Part shown: one piece after another, positions 21,009 through 28,881 of the stretch
Layout of the letters: every line of letters begins with the position of its first letter
Numbering within the stretch: position 1 is the first letter of the stretch
Origin: an uncultured Acidobacteriota bacterium
GTDB taxonomy: Bacteria > Acidobacteriota > Vicinamibacteria > Fen-336
Direction of reading: 5' to 3'
Length of the DNA: 64,000 nucleotides
Assembly: GCA_963729875.1 (NCBI GenBank)
Contig: CAVSPR010000006.1
Span: 121,368 to 185,367 of the forward strand
Notes under the pieces: generated by a model
What the model saw: only the letters and a program-made list of their open reading frames with translations
Told to the model about the DNA's origin: nothing
Database searches by the model: none
Made by a program: the position numbers and the translations under genes

Positions 21009-21224
21009 ATGAGGAGTCTCGTCCGAGCGCTCCTGCTGGGCCTCGCCGCGGTGGCGGCGGCCGCCGTCGCCGGCGACCAGGCGGCGCCACAGGTCCCGCC
21101 CCCGCCCGTGGCGCCGGGCCCCGCGGCGACGCCCGCCCCCGCTCCCCAGGGCGACGTCGAGGACTTCGTCCCTTCCGAGAAGGTGAGCGCGGACGACGCG
21201 GTCGCCTTTCCGGTGGACATCTAG
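21009..21224 (+). CDS. small exported Pro-rich protein with acidic C-terminal motif
   Basis: GGAGG SD; signal peptide; ends DVEDFVPSEKVSADDAVAFPVDI. Confidence 0.8.
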   Translation: MRSLVRALLLGLAAVAAAAVAGDQAAPQVPPPPVAPGPAATPAPAPQGDVEDFVPSEKVSADDAVAFPVDI

Positions 21225-21234
21225 GAGAAAGCGC

Positions 21235-22029
21235 ATGCGCAAGCTCCACGTGGACGACCTCGTCTTCCAGGTGGCGACGCTCGTCCTCTCGTTCCTGATC
21301 ATGCACGTGCCGTACACGCTCGTGGTGCGCCCCAACGCCCGGGCCGTCCTCGAGGAGCAGGCCCGGCAGATGCGGACGAACCCCGAGTACGTCCAGGAGC
21401 GCTCCTGGTGGGTCATCATCAAGGACCCCGAGCAGGAGTGGGAGTTCATCCTGTGCCTGTGGGCGCTCGCCATCATGGGCGCCAAGTGGCGCTCCAGCTC
21501 GCGCGAGCGGCGGCTCCTCGAGAGCGACCTCGTGCCGGTCTCTCCCGGCGCCCGCATCCTGCCCGAGGACGCCCGGGAGTACGCCCGGCAGGTCCAGGCG
21601 CTGCCCGACGCCGACCGCCGGCTGCTCCTGCCGCGCACCGCCCTCGCCGCCCTCAACCGCTTCCGGGCCACGCGCAGCATCCAGGACGCCTCGTCCACCG
21701 CGCGCGAGGTGTGCGCGGCGGAGTCGGACCGGCTCGACTCGGAGCTCGCCATGATCCGATACATCGCCTGGGCGATCCCCTCGATCGGGTTCATCGGCAC
21801 CGTGCGCGGCATCGGCGACGCGCTCACCCAGGCCCACCGCGCGGTGCAGGGGGACATCTCGGGCGTCACCGAGGCCCTCGGGGTGGCCTTCAACTCCACC
21901 TTCATCGCGCTGCTGCTGAGCCTGCTGCTGATGTTCGTGCTGCACCAGCTGCAGCTCAAGCACGAGCGCCAGGTGCTCGACACGGAGAGCTACGTGGACG
22001 AGCGGCTCCTCGCGAACCTGCAGGCCTGA
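21235..22029 (+). CDS. MotA/TolQ/ExbB proton channel family protein
   Basis: AIPSIGFIGTVRGI and ALGVAFNSTFIALLL channel helices plus two N-terminal hydrophobic segments. Confidence 0.92.
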   Translation: MRKLHVDDLVFQVATLVLSFLIMHVPYTLVVRPNARAVLEEQARQMRTNPEYVQERSWWVIIKDPEQEWEFILCLWALAIMGAKWRSSSRERRLLESDLVPVSPGARILPEDAREYARQVQALPDADRRLLLPRTALAALNRFRATRSIQDASSTAREVCAAESDRLDSELAMIRYIAWAIPSIGFIGTVRGIGDALTQAHRAVQGDISGVTEALGVAFNSTFIALLLSLLLMFVLHQLQLKHERQVLDTESYVDERLLANLQA

Positions 22030-22036
22030 GGGCCCC

Positions 22037-23440
22037 TTGTCGCGCGCCCTCGCCCTCGACGTCAGCGACGGCGGCCTCCTCGGGCTGGCCGAAGGCGGGG
22101 CCGTCCTCGGCCCGAGCCCCGGGATGGCACTCGTCGAGGGCGCCCAGCCGCTCTTCGGCGAGGAGGCGCGGCGGCGCTGCCGTCTCAGCCCGCGGCTCGT
22201 GGCGAGCGACTGCTGGGCGCGCCTCGACGGCGAGCCGCTCGGCCCGCCGTTCCCGGAAGGCCTGTCCCGCGCCGACCTCGTCCACGCCCACCTCGAGAGC
22301 CTCTGGAACGGGGTCCGCCGCGGGACCGGCGAGGTCGTGCTGGCCGTGCCCGGCGTCCACGGCGAGGCGGAGCTCGGCCTCCTGCTCGGCATCGCGCAAG
22401 CGCTGGGAATGCCGGTCGTCGGAATGGTGGACGCGGCCGTCGCGGCCGCTGCCTCCGGGTTCCCCGGCGAGCGCCTCCTGCACGTGGACGTCGGTCTGCG
22501 CCACGCCGCGGTCACGGAGATCCGGCAGGGGACGCAGCTCGTGCGCGAGCGGGTGGCGCGCATCGACCGCTGGGGCCAGGACGAGATCGAGGACGCGGAG
22601 ATGCGGGGCGCCGCCGCGGCGTTCGTCCGGCAGGCGCGCTTCGACCCGCTCCACGACGCGGCCTCCGAGCAGGCCCTCTTCGACCGCCTCCCGGCCTGGC
22701 TCGCGACCCTCGCGAAGGAGGGCCGGGCGACGCTGTCGCTGCCCGCCGCCGGGCGCGAGGCCCCTTCGGTCGAGCTTCGACGGGAGGAGGCCTGGGACTG
22801 GACGGCCGTGTACGCGTCCGAGCTGTCGCAGCAGGTGAGCGTCCTGAAGCGGGCCGGCGAGCCGGCCACCGTCCTCGTCTCCGCCCACGCCGCGCGCCTG
22901 CCCGGCCTCGTCGAGCGGATCTCGGCGATCCGCGGCGTGGAGATCGCCCTCCTGCCGGTGCACGCGGCCGCGGCGGGCGCGCTGCGCGAGCGGGGCACGG
23001 TGCGCTCGCCGGCGGGAGCGCTGCGCTTCGTGACCCGGCTCCCGCGGCCGGAGGAGCCGGAAGGGACGGTCGGCGGCCAGGCGGTCATCCTCCCGCCGCG
23101 CCTCGCGGTGACGCCGGTGGCGGGGAGCGGCCGCCGTCCCACCCACGTGCTCCTCGGCTCCGAGGCGCGGGCGATCACGGCCGAGCCGCTCGTCCTCGGC
23201 ACGGCGCCGCCCGAGGGCGCCCGGGGGCTGCGCCTCTCGGGCGAGACGGCCGGCGTCTCCCGCGCGCACTGCCGGCTGTTCGAGGCGGGCGGGACCGTGG
23301 TCCTCGAGGACCTCAGCTCCTGGGGCACCTTCGTGAACGGCGAGCGCGTGGCCGGGCGTGCCGTGGTCGAGGCGGGGGACCGGATCCGCGTGGGCAGCCC
23401 CGGCCTCGAGCTGCTGCTCGTCGTGGCGGCGGAGGGCTAG
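22037..23440 (+). CDS. actin/Hsp70-like ATPase-fold protein with C-terminal FHA domain
   Basis: ALALDVSD, VVLAVPG, GMVDAAVAAA, LLHVDVG (degenerate ASKHA motifs); FHA GVSRAHC...LEDLSSWGTFVNG...GDRIRVG. Confidence 0.75.
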   Translation: MSRALALDVSDGGLLGLAEGGAVLGPSPGMALVEGAQPLFGEEARRRCRLSPRLVASDCWARLDGEPLGPPFPEGLSRADLVHAHLESLWNGVRRGTGEVVLAVPGVHGEAELGLLLGIAQALGMPVVGMVDAAVAAAASGFPGERLLHVDVGLRHAAVTEIRQGTQLVRERVARIDRWGQDEIEDAEMRGAAAAFVRQARFDPLHDAASEQALFDRLPAWLATLAKEGRATLSLPAAGREAPSVELRREEAWDWTAVYASELSQQVSVLKRAGEPATVLVSAHAARLPGLVERISAIRGVEIALLPVHAAAAGALRERGTVRSPAGALRFVTRLPRPEEPEGTVGGQAVILPPRLAVTPVAGSGRRPTHVLLGSEARAITAEPLVLGTAPPEGARGLRLSGETAGVSRAHCRLFEAGGTVVLEDLSSWGTFVNGERVAGRAVVEAGDRIRVGSPGLELLLVVAAEG

Positions 23441-23444
23441 CGAG

Positions 23445-24539
23445 ATGGCCCGCCGCCGCGAGACGAACATCTTCAGCCTCTCGCTCCTCGACTGCATCTG
23501 CTGCGGCTTCGGGGCGCTGATCCTGTTTCACATGATCATCGCCTCCCGCTCGGGGCGGCAGTACGAGAAGGTGACGCAGACGCTGCAGGCCGAGGTGGAC
23601 AAGCGGCAGAAGGAGGTGCTCGAGGGCCAGGAGCGACTCGTGGAGCTGCGCAACTCCTTCCGCGAGATCGAGGACAAGAAGGCGGCGGCCCAGGGGCTCT
23701 CGACGCGTATTCTCGAGACGCTCAAGCAGATCCAGGAGGAGCTCGCGACCTACGACGCGCAGACCGTCGCCCAGCGCGCCCACGTGAACAAGCTGAAGGC
23801 CGACCTCAAGTCGCTCGAGCAGGGGACGAAGCGCCTTTCCGGGGGGACGCCGAGCCAGGAGGTGCCGGGCCGCAACGTGCGTTCCTTCGTGGGCGACGGC
23901 GACCGGCAGTACCTGACCGGCCTCAAGGTGGGCGGCAAGCGCATCTTCATCCTCGTGGACGGCTCGGCCAGCATGCTGGCCGAGGACATCGTGAACGCGG
24001 TGCGGCGGCACCTCTTCCCGCCCGACAGCCGCCTGCGGGCGCCCAAGTGGCGCCACGCGGTGAAGGCCGTGGACTGGCTGGCCGCGCAGCTTCCCCGCGG
24101 GTCGCAGTACCAGCTCTACGTGTTCAACACGACCGCGCGGCCGGTGCTCGGCGGGACGGACGGGGTGTGGCTCGACGCGAAGGACGGCAAGACGCTGGAC
24201 CGGGCGGTGGCCGGGCTGGGAAAGACGGCGCCCGACGGGGGCACGAGCCTCCACCACGCCTTCGCCGCGGCGAAGGCCATGAGCCCGCCGCCCGACAACA
24301 TCATCCTCATCACCGACGGCCTGCCCACCCAGGGCGCGACGCCGCCCAGCCGGCGCACCGTCTCCGGCAAGGAGCGCCTCCGCCACTTCGACCGCGCCCT
24401 CGACGAGCTGCCGCGCGGCGTGCCCGTCAACATCATCCTGTTCCCGATGGAAGGGGACCCCATGGCCACGAGCGCGTTCTGGAAGCTGGCCATGGCGAGC
24501 CGGGGGTCCTTCATGACCCCCTCGAGCGCCTGGCCGTGA
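23445..24539 (+). CDS. N-terminal Asp-TM - coiled coil - VWA protein (1)
   Basis: RRRETNIFSLSLLDCICCGFGALILF; coiled coil; MIDAS LVDGSASM / GGTSL / ITDGLP. Confidence 0.88.
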   Translation: MARRRETNIFSLSLLDCICCGFGALILFHMIIASRSGRQYEKVTQTLQAEVDKRQKEVLEGQERLVELRNSFREIEDKKAAAQGLSTRILETLKQIQEELATYDAQTVAQRAHVNKLKADLKSLEQGTKRLSGGTPSQEVPGRNVRSFVGDGDRQYLTGLKVGGKRIFILVDGSASMLAEDIVNAVRRHLFPPDSRLRAPKWRHAVKAVDWLAAQLPRGSQYQLYVFNTTARPVLGGTDGVWLDAKDGKTLDRAVAGLGKTAPDGGTSLHHAFAAAKAMSPPPDNIILITDGLPTQGATPPSRRTVSGKERLRHFDRALDELPRGVPVNIILFPMEGDPMATSAFWKLAMASRGSFMTPSSAWP

Positions 24540-25549
24540 GGCGGCGGGAGCGGCGGCCGTTCGAGGTGTTCAGCCTCTCGTTCCTCGACGTCGTGTGCTG
24601 CGGCTTCGGGGCGATCATCCTGCTGTTCGTGCTCAACAAGATGGGGGAGCCGGCCGCGCTCGAGCGGGCGGAGCAGGACCTCTCGGGGCTGCTCGCGAAG
24701 CTCGAGGAGGAGCTCGCGGTCGTCCGGGGGGAGACGACCGTCCTCAACCGCAACCTGCGGGGCCGCGAGGAGCAGCTCTCGGAGGAGAGGCTCAAGGTGG
24801 CGCGCCTCCAGGGCGACCTGTCCAGGGTGCAGGGGCAGTTCGCGGCGAGCAAGGAGCTGTCCGAGGTGCAGGACATCATCGCGGGCCGGCTCCTCGCCGC
24901 CCAGCAGGAGCTCTCCGTGGAGATGAAGCGGCTGCAGGCGCAGCAGGAGGAGGTCTACCGGCGTCCGGTCGACGCCCCGGTGGGCGGCATCCCCGTGGAC
25001 AGCGAGTACATCATCTTCGTGATCGACACCTCGGGCAGCATGCAGCGCTTCGCGTGGCGGGCGATGCGGAAGAAGATGGAGGAGGTCCTGAACGCCTACC
25101 CCAAGGTGAAGGGGATGCAGATCCTGAACGACGAGGGCGTCTACATGTTCGGGCACTACGCGGGCAAGTGGATCCCCGACACGCCGGCAAGGCGCCAGGC
25201 CATCCGCGAGCGGCTCTCGGGCTGGAACGCCTTCAGCAACTCCTCGCCGGTCGAGGGCATCGAGATCGCGATCAAGACGTTCTGGTCGGCGGACAAGAAG
25301 ATCAGCATCTACTACTTCGGCGACGAGTTCACCGGCGACTCGATCGACGAGGTGCTCGACCAGGTCGACCGCCTGAACCGCCGCGACGCCTCCGGCCAGA
25401 GGAAGGTGCGCATCCACGCCGTCGGCTTCCCGACGCTCTTCTCGCAGTCGCAGTTCCCCGAGCACACCGGCACCCGCTTCTCGATGCTGATGCGCCTCCT
25501 CTGCGAGCGGAACGGCGGCGCCTTCGTCGGCCTCAACAGCACCGACTAG
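24536..25549 (+). CDS. N-terminal Asp-TM - coiled coil - VWA protein (2)
   Basis: GTGA overlap; FEVFSLSFLDVVCCGFGAIILLFVL; coiled coil; VIDTSGSM, FGDEF, RIHAVGF. Confidence 0.88.
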   Translation: MRRRERRPFEVFSLSFLDVVCCGFGAIILLFVLNKMGEPAALERAEQDLSGLLAKLEEELAVVRGETTVLNRNLRGREEQLSEERLKVARLQGDLSRVQGQFAASKELSEVQDIIAGRLLAAQQELSVEMKRLQAQQEEVYRRPVDAPVGGIPVDSEYIIFVIDTSGSMQRFAWRAMRKKMEEVLNAYPKVKGMQILNDEGVYMFGHYAGKWIPDTPARRQAIRERLSGWNAFSNSSPVEGIEIAIKTFWSADKKISIYYFGDEFTGDSIDEVLDQVDRLNRRDASGQRKVRIHAVGFPTLFSQSQFPEHTGTRFSMLMRLLCERNGGAFVGLNSTD

Positions 25550-25603
25550 GGGTCAGGTCTTGAATTGTGACGTCGGGCCCGGGTGGCCTATGCTCGGAGC
25601 ACC

Positions 25604-26317
25604 ATGGCACGAAGGCTGGTCCTGATCAGCACGTCCACCGTGTTCGGAACCCGGTACCTCGAGCACGCCTTCCCCGAGCTGCGCGACGCGCTGGGAGCGG
25701 TCACCCGGGTTCTCTTCGTCCCCCACGCCCTCCAGGACCGCGCCGGCTACGCGGCCAAGGCTCGGGGCGCCTTCGAGGAGATGGGCTACGGCCTCGACTC
25801 GCTGCACGAGGCGGCCGACCCCCGGCGGGCGATCGAGGCGGCCGAAGCCGTCTTCTGCGGGGGCGGGAACACGTTCCGCCTCCTGAAGGCCCTGTGCGAG
25901 ATGGACGCGCTCGCGGTGATCCGCCGACGGGTGGCCGAGGGCATGGTCTACTCGGGGGCCAGCGCCGGCTCCAACCTCGCCTGCCCGACGATCCGGACCA
26001 CGAACGACATGCCGATCGTCGAGCCCCCCTCGTTCGACGCCCTCGGCCTCGTCTCCTTCCAGATCAACCCCCACTACGTCGACCCCGTTGCCGGCTCCAC
26101 GCACATGGGGGAGACACGGGAGACGCGCATCCGCGAGTTCCACGAGGAGAACGAGACCCCGGTGGCCGGCCTGCGCGAGGGGGCGATCCTGCGGGTGGAA
26201 GGGGACTCGGTCCTCCTCAAGGGCGTCGCCGGCGCCCGCATCTTCCGCCGGGGCCAGGAGCCGGTGGAGGTGTCGCCGGTCAGCGAGATCGGCCCGCTGC
26301 TGGCCGGCAAGGCCTGA
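25604..26317 (+). CDS. pepE: dipeptidase E (peptidase S51)
   Basis: GGGNTFRLL, GASAGSN, TIRTTNDMPIV, QINPHY, HMGETRETRIREF. Confidence 0.95.
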   Translation: MARRLVLISTSTVFGTRYLEHAFPELRDALGAVTRVLFVPHALQDRAGYAAKARGAFEEMGYGLDSLHEAADPRRAIEAAEAVFCGGGNTFRLLKALCEMDALAVIRRRVAEGMVYSGASAGSNLACPTIRTTNDMPIVEPPSFDALGLVSFQINPHYVDPVAGSTHMGETRETRIREFHEENETPVAGLREGAILRVEGDSVLLKGVAGARIFRRGQEPVEVSPVSEIGPLLAGKA

Positions 26318-26372
26318 GCCGCCGGTCGGCTGGCGGGGCCACCAGCGAGACCGCTGCGCCTCTACGTATCCG

Positions 26373-26416
26373 TTGACAGCGCTGTTTTCGAGAGTGTAGC
26401 CTCCCTTGTAGACAAG
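26373..26416 (+). promoter_or_regulatory. sigma70 promoter with palindromic operators for the TA pair
   Basis: TTGACA(26373)-18 nt-TAGCCT(26397); palindromes ACAGCGCTGT (26376-26385) and CTTGT-AG-ACAAG (26405-26416), the latter abutting the ATG. Confidence 0.65.
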
Positions 26417-26740
26417 ATGGGCTACGGAACCATCCGAATCAGTGACACCGCCCGCGGGACGCTCCGCCAGCTGGCCCGCGCCGAGGGCAAGTCGATGCTG
26501 GCCCTCGTGGACGAGGCGGTCGAGACCTTGCGTCGGCAACGCTTCCTGGAGCAGGTGAACGCTGCCTACGCGACCCTGCGCAGCGACCCCCGCGCCTGGG
26601 AGGAGATCGAGTCCGAGCGCCGCGACTGGGACGTCACCCTCGGCGACGGGCTGGTCGCCGAGGAGAGCCGGGCTCCCTACGGGAAGCGGGAACGTTCCGG
26701 GAGCGGATCGCGCGGGGGCCGGCGGGGAAAGCGATCGTGA
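26417..26740 (+). CDS. putative RHH antitoxin (MazE-like)
   Basis: TIRISDTARGTLRQLARAEGKSMLALVDEAVE; ERRDWDVTLGDGL; GTGA overlap with the toxin. Confidence 0.85.
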   Translation: MGYGTIRISDTARGTLRQLARAEGKSMLALVDEAVETLRRQRFLEQVNAAYATLRSDPRAWEEIESERRDWDVTLGDGLVAEESRAPYGKRERSGSGSRGGRRGKRS

Positions 26741-27078
26741 ACCCCCCGGCTCGAGGCGAGGTGTGGCTGGCCGAGCTCAGTCCGACGCGGGGCCATGAGC
26801 AGGCCGGTCGGCGACCGGTCCTCGTGGTGTCCGAGGACCTGTTCAACCGGGGTCCGGCGGGTCTCGTGATCGTGCTGCCGATGACCACGAGGTGGCGCGG
26901 CGTTCCGAGCCACGTGCCTCTCGATCCCCCGGAGGGCGGCGTCGAGGAGCGCTCGGCGGTGCTGTGCGAGGCCGTGCGGTCCGTCTCGGTCGAGCGCCTG
27001 ATCGAGCGGTGGGGCGCGGTCGGACGCCCGACGATGGCCGCCGTGGAAGACCGGCTGCGCATCCTGCTGCGACTCTGA
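26737..27078 (+). CDS. mazF: PemK/MazF-family toxin
   Basis: RGEVWLAELSPTRGHEQAGRRPVLVVS...VLPMTT...CEAVRSVS. Confidence 0.92.
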   Translation: MNPPARGEVWLAELSPTRGHEQAGRRPVLVVSEDLFNRGPAGLVIVLPMTTRWRGVPSHVPLDPPEGGVEERSAVLCEAVRSVSVERLIERWGAVGRPTMAAVEDRLRILLRL

Positions 27079-27121
27079 CCGTCTCGGCGGACCTTTCGGG
27101 GCGGGTGCTAGACTGACGCCG

Positions 27122-27451
27122 ATGACCGACGGGCGCCACGCCGTGGCCGAAGACGTGAGCCTGGAGTTGCACCGGGCGGTCGCGAAGCGCCTGCTCGAAG
27201 ACCCGGCCCTCGTCGAGCGGACGCGGGAGCGCGTAGCCGAGTGGCTGCGCGACGGCTCGGTCGCGAGGCCCTACGCCGAGGCGTGGCGCGACGTCCTGGC
27301 CGGTCCCGTCGAGGCCATCGCTCGCTTCCTGACGGACACGGGGGAGAAAGCGCGGCAGATGCGACAGACGTCCCCCTTCGCCGGCGTGCTCGACCCGAGG
27401 ACGCGCTGGTCCATCTGGCGGCGAGCGCGCGAAGGAGCGCACCGGCCGTGA
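27122..27451 (+). CDS. hypothetical antitoxin-like protein (partner of a nucleotidyltransferase)
   Basis: SLELHRAVAKRLLEDP...MRQTSPFAGVL; extended -10 TGCTAGACT ends 7 nt before the ATG. Confidence 0.7.
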   Translation: MTDGRHAVAEDVSLELHRAVAKRLLEDPALVERTRERVAEWLRDGSVARPYAEAWRDVLAGPVEAIARFLTDTGEKARQMRQTSPFAGVLDPRTRWSIWRRAREGAHRP

Positions 27452-27547
27452 AGCGGGAGCAGCTGGAGCACGTGATTCGGGCGGCGGCGACGATCGCGGG
27501 AGATACGGATCATCGTCCGGCAGATCGAGGCCGACTCGGCCGTCTGA
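27448..27547 (+). pseudogene. remnant of a DUF6036-like nucleotidyltransferase gene (internal deletion)
   Basis: GTGA-coupled start MKREQLEHVIRAAATIAGDTD, joined out of frame to IVRQIEADSAV*. Confidence 0.55.
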
Positions 27548-27562
27548 GCCTGGGATCGGGCC

Positions 27563-28765
27563 CTACGAGGCCGTGGGCCGGCGACGTCCGACGGTCAGGT
27601 GGTAGGACAGCGTGCCGAGCACCGCCGCCGTGACGAGGAAGAGCAGGAGGAGGGCGGCCAGCCGCCAGATCGCGTGGTCCACGACCTCCTTCAGGCCGCT
27701 TACGGCTGTGTCCACGGCGCGGGTCTTGATCGCATCCACCTCCTGGAGGCCCTCGATCCGCTCCTGCCGTAGGGCCGCCAGCATCGCGATGCGCTCCTCC
27801 CGCAGGGCCGCGAGGACCGCAAGGCGCTCCGAGGTCGCGTATTCGAGGGTCGCCAGCCGCTGGGCGTTCACCGAGTCGAGCACCGCGCGCCGTTCCTCGG
27901 CGATCACCGCGCGGGCCGCGGCCGTCGCGCCGGCGACGTCGGGCGCCTGGTCCAGGACCCCCTCGACGCGCCGGGCGGCCGACCCCAACGCCGCAACGTC
28001 GCCGAGGGCGGCCTCGAGGCTGCCCGCGCCGGCGGACTCGGACAGCAGCAGCTCGGCCTGCCAGCGGGCCAGCTTCGGCACCTGCGCGGCATAGGTGTTC
28101 AGGCGCTCCGAGAGGGCCTCGGCGGTGTCGGAGACCGAGCCGATGGCGACGAAGGCGTCGCGGCCCTCGGAGCGCAGCCCGGCGGTGTAGGCGGTGCACG
28201 ACGGACGTGACGAGAAGGTGTACCGCACCGGGTTGCGCCGGGCCCAGGCCTCGATGTCGGCGCGAGCACGGTCGAACTCCCCGGGACGGATCACGCGCCG
28301 GGACAGGAGATCGGCCTCGGCCACGAGCTCACTGGCGCCGTCCCGGGCGATGCCCTGCCCGGCACCGAACGAGTCCCGGCCGGCCCCGTCCCTCAAGTAG
28401 TGGTCGACCTGGTAGGCGAACGCCCACGCGTCGATGACGCCGGCCAGCGGGTCGGCGCGGTAGGCCGCGGTGTAGACGGCGGGAACCGCGTCGATCTTGA
28501 ACACGAGCGCGCGCCGGCGGACGGCGGGGTCCGGCGTCGCGGTGCCGATGCGATCGGCCGTCTGCTCGATCTGGTCGGCGAACCGGTCGGCGAGCGCGTT
28601 CGCCGCCGCCCGCAGCTCCGCCGCGCTCACGGCGATCGTGCCGGCCTTCTCCATCACGTCGGTCTGGCGATGGGCCGCCTTGGGCACGCAGGCCCAGATC
28701 GCGGCCGACGCCACGACCACTGCGATCCCGATCGACAAGGCACCGGGCGTGGAAGCGTGCTTCAT
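27563..28765 (-). CDS. helical exported/lipoprotein-like protein with C-terminal TM (paralog A)
   Basis: GGAGG SD; hydrophobic leader ending WAC; ADPLAGVIDAWAFAYQ; PKLARWQAELL; C-terminal TM with Arg tail. Confidence 0.8.
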   Translation of the reverse strand: MKHASTPGALSIGIAVVVASAAIWACVPKAAHRQTDVMEKAGTIAVSAAELRAAANALADRFADQIEQTADRIGTATPDPAVRRRALVFKIDAVPAVYTAAYRADPLAGVIDAWAFAYQVDHYLRDGAGRDSFGAGQGIARDGASELVAEADLLSRRVIRPGEFDRARADIEAWARRNPVRYTFSSRPSCTAYTAGLRSEGRDAFVAIGSVSDTAEALSERLNTYAAQVPKLARWQAELLLSESAGAGSLEAALGDVAALGSAARRVEGVLDQAPDVAGATAAARAVIAEERRAVLDSVNAQRLATLEYATSERLAVLAALREERIAMLAALRQERIEGLQEVDAIKTRAVDTAVSGLKEVVDHAIWRLAALLLLFLVTAAVLGTLSYHLTVGRRRPTAS

Positions 28766-28881
28766 GCGAGCTCCCTCCGAGGGGTGAGGCGGCGACGGGG
28801 GCGAGGTTATCACGCCCCCGCCGCCCACCCTCCCCCCGGGCGGCCGCGAACGCGGGCGAGAGGAGGGCGGCCTCAGCCCGG

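Noticed and set aside
18664-23328. Very long minus-strand ORFs (also 53341-57972 -, 59272-62415 -, 14547-17129 -, and 47640-50336 +)
   Set aside because: Antisense or off-frame shadows of real genes in high-GC DNA; Arg/Pro/Gly-rich with no motifs
14604-25549. Calling the operon T6SS, T9SS/Gld, Tol-Pal/Ton, Zorya or Bat
   Set aside because: No tss core genes, gldLMN/sprA, tonB/tolA/tolB/pal, OmpA-domain ZorB with nuclease/helicase, or MoxR AAA in or beside it
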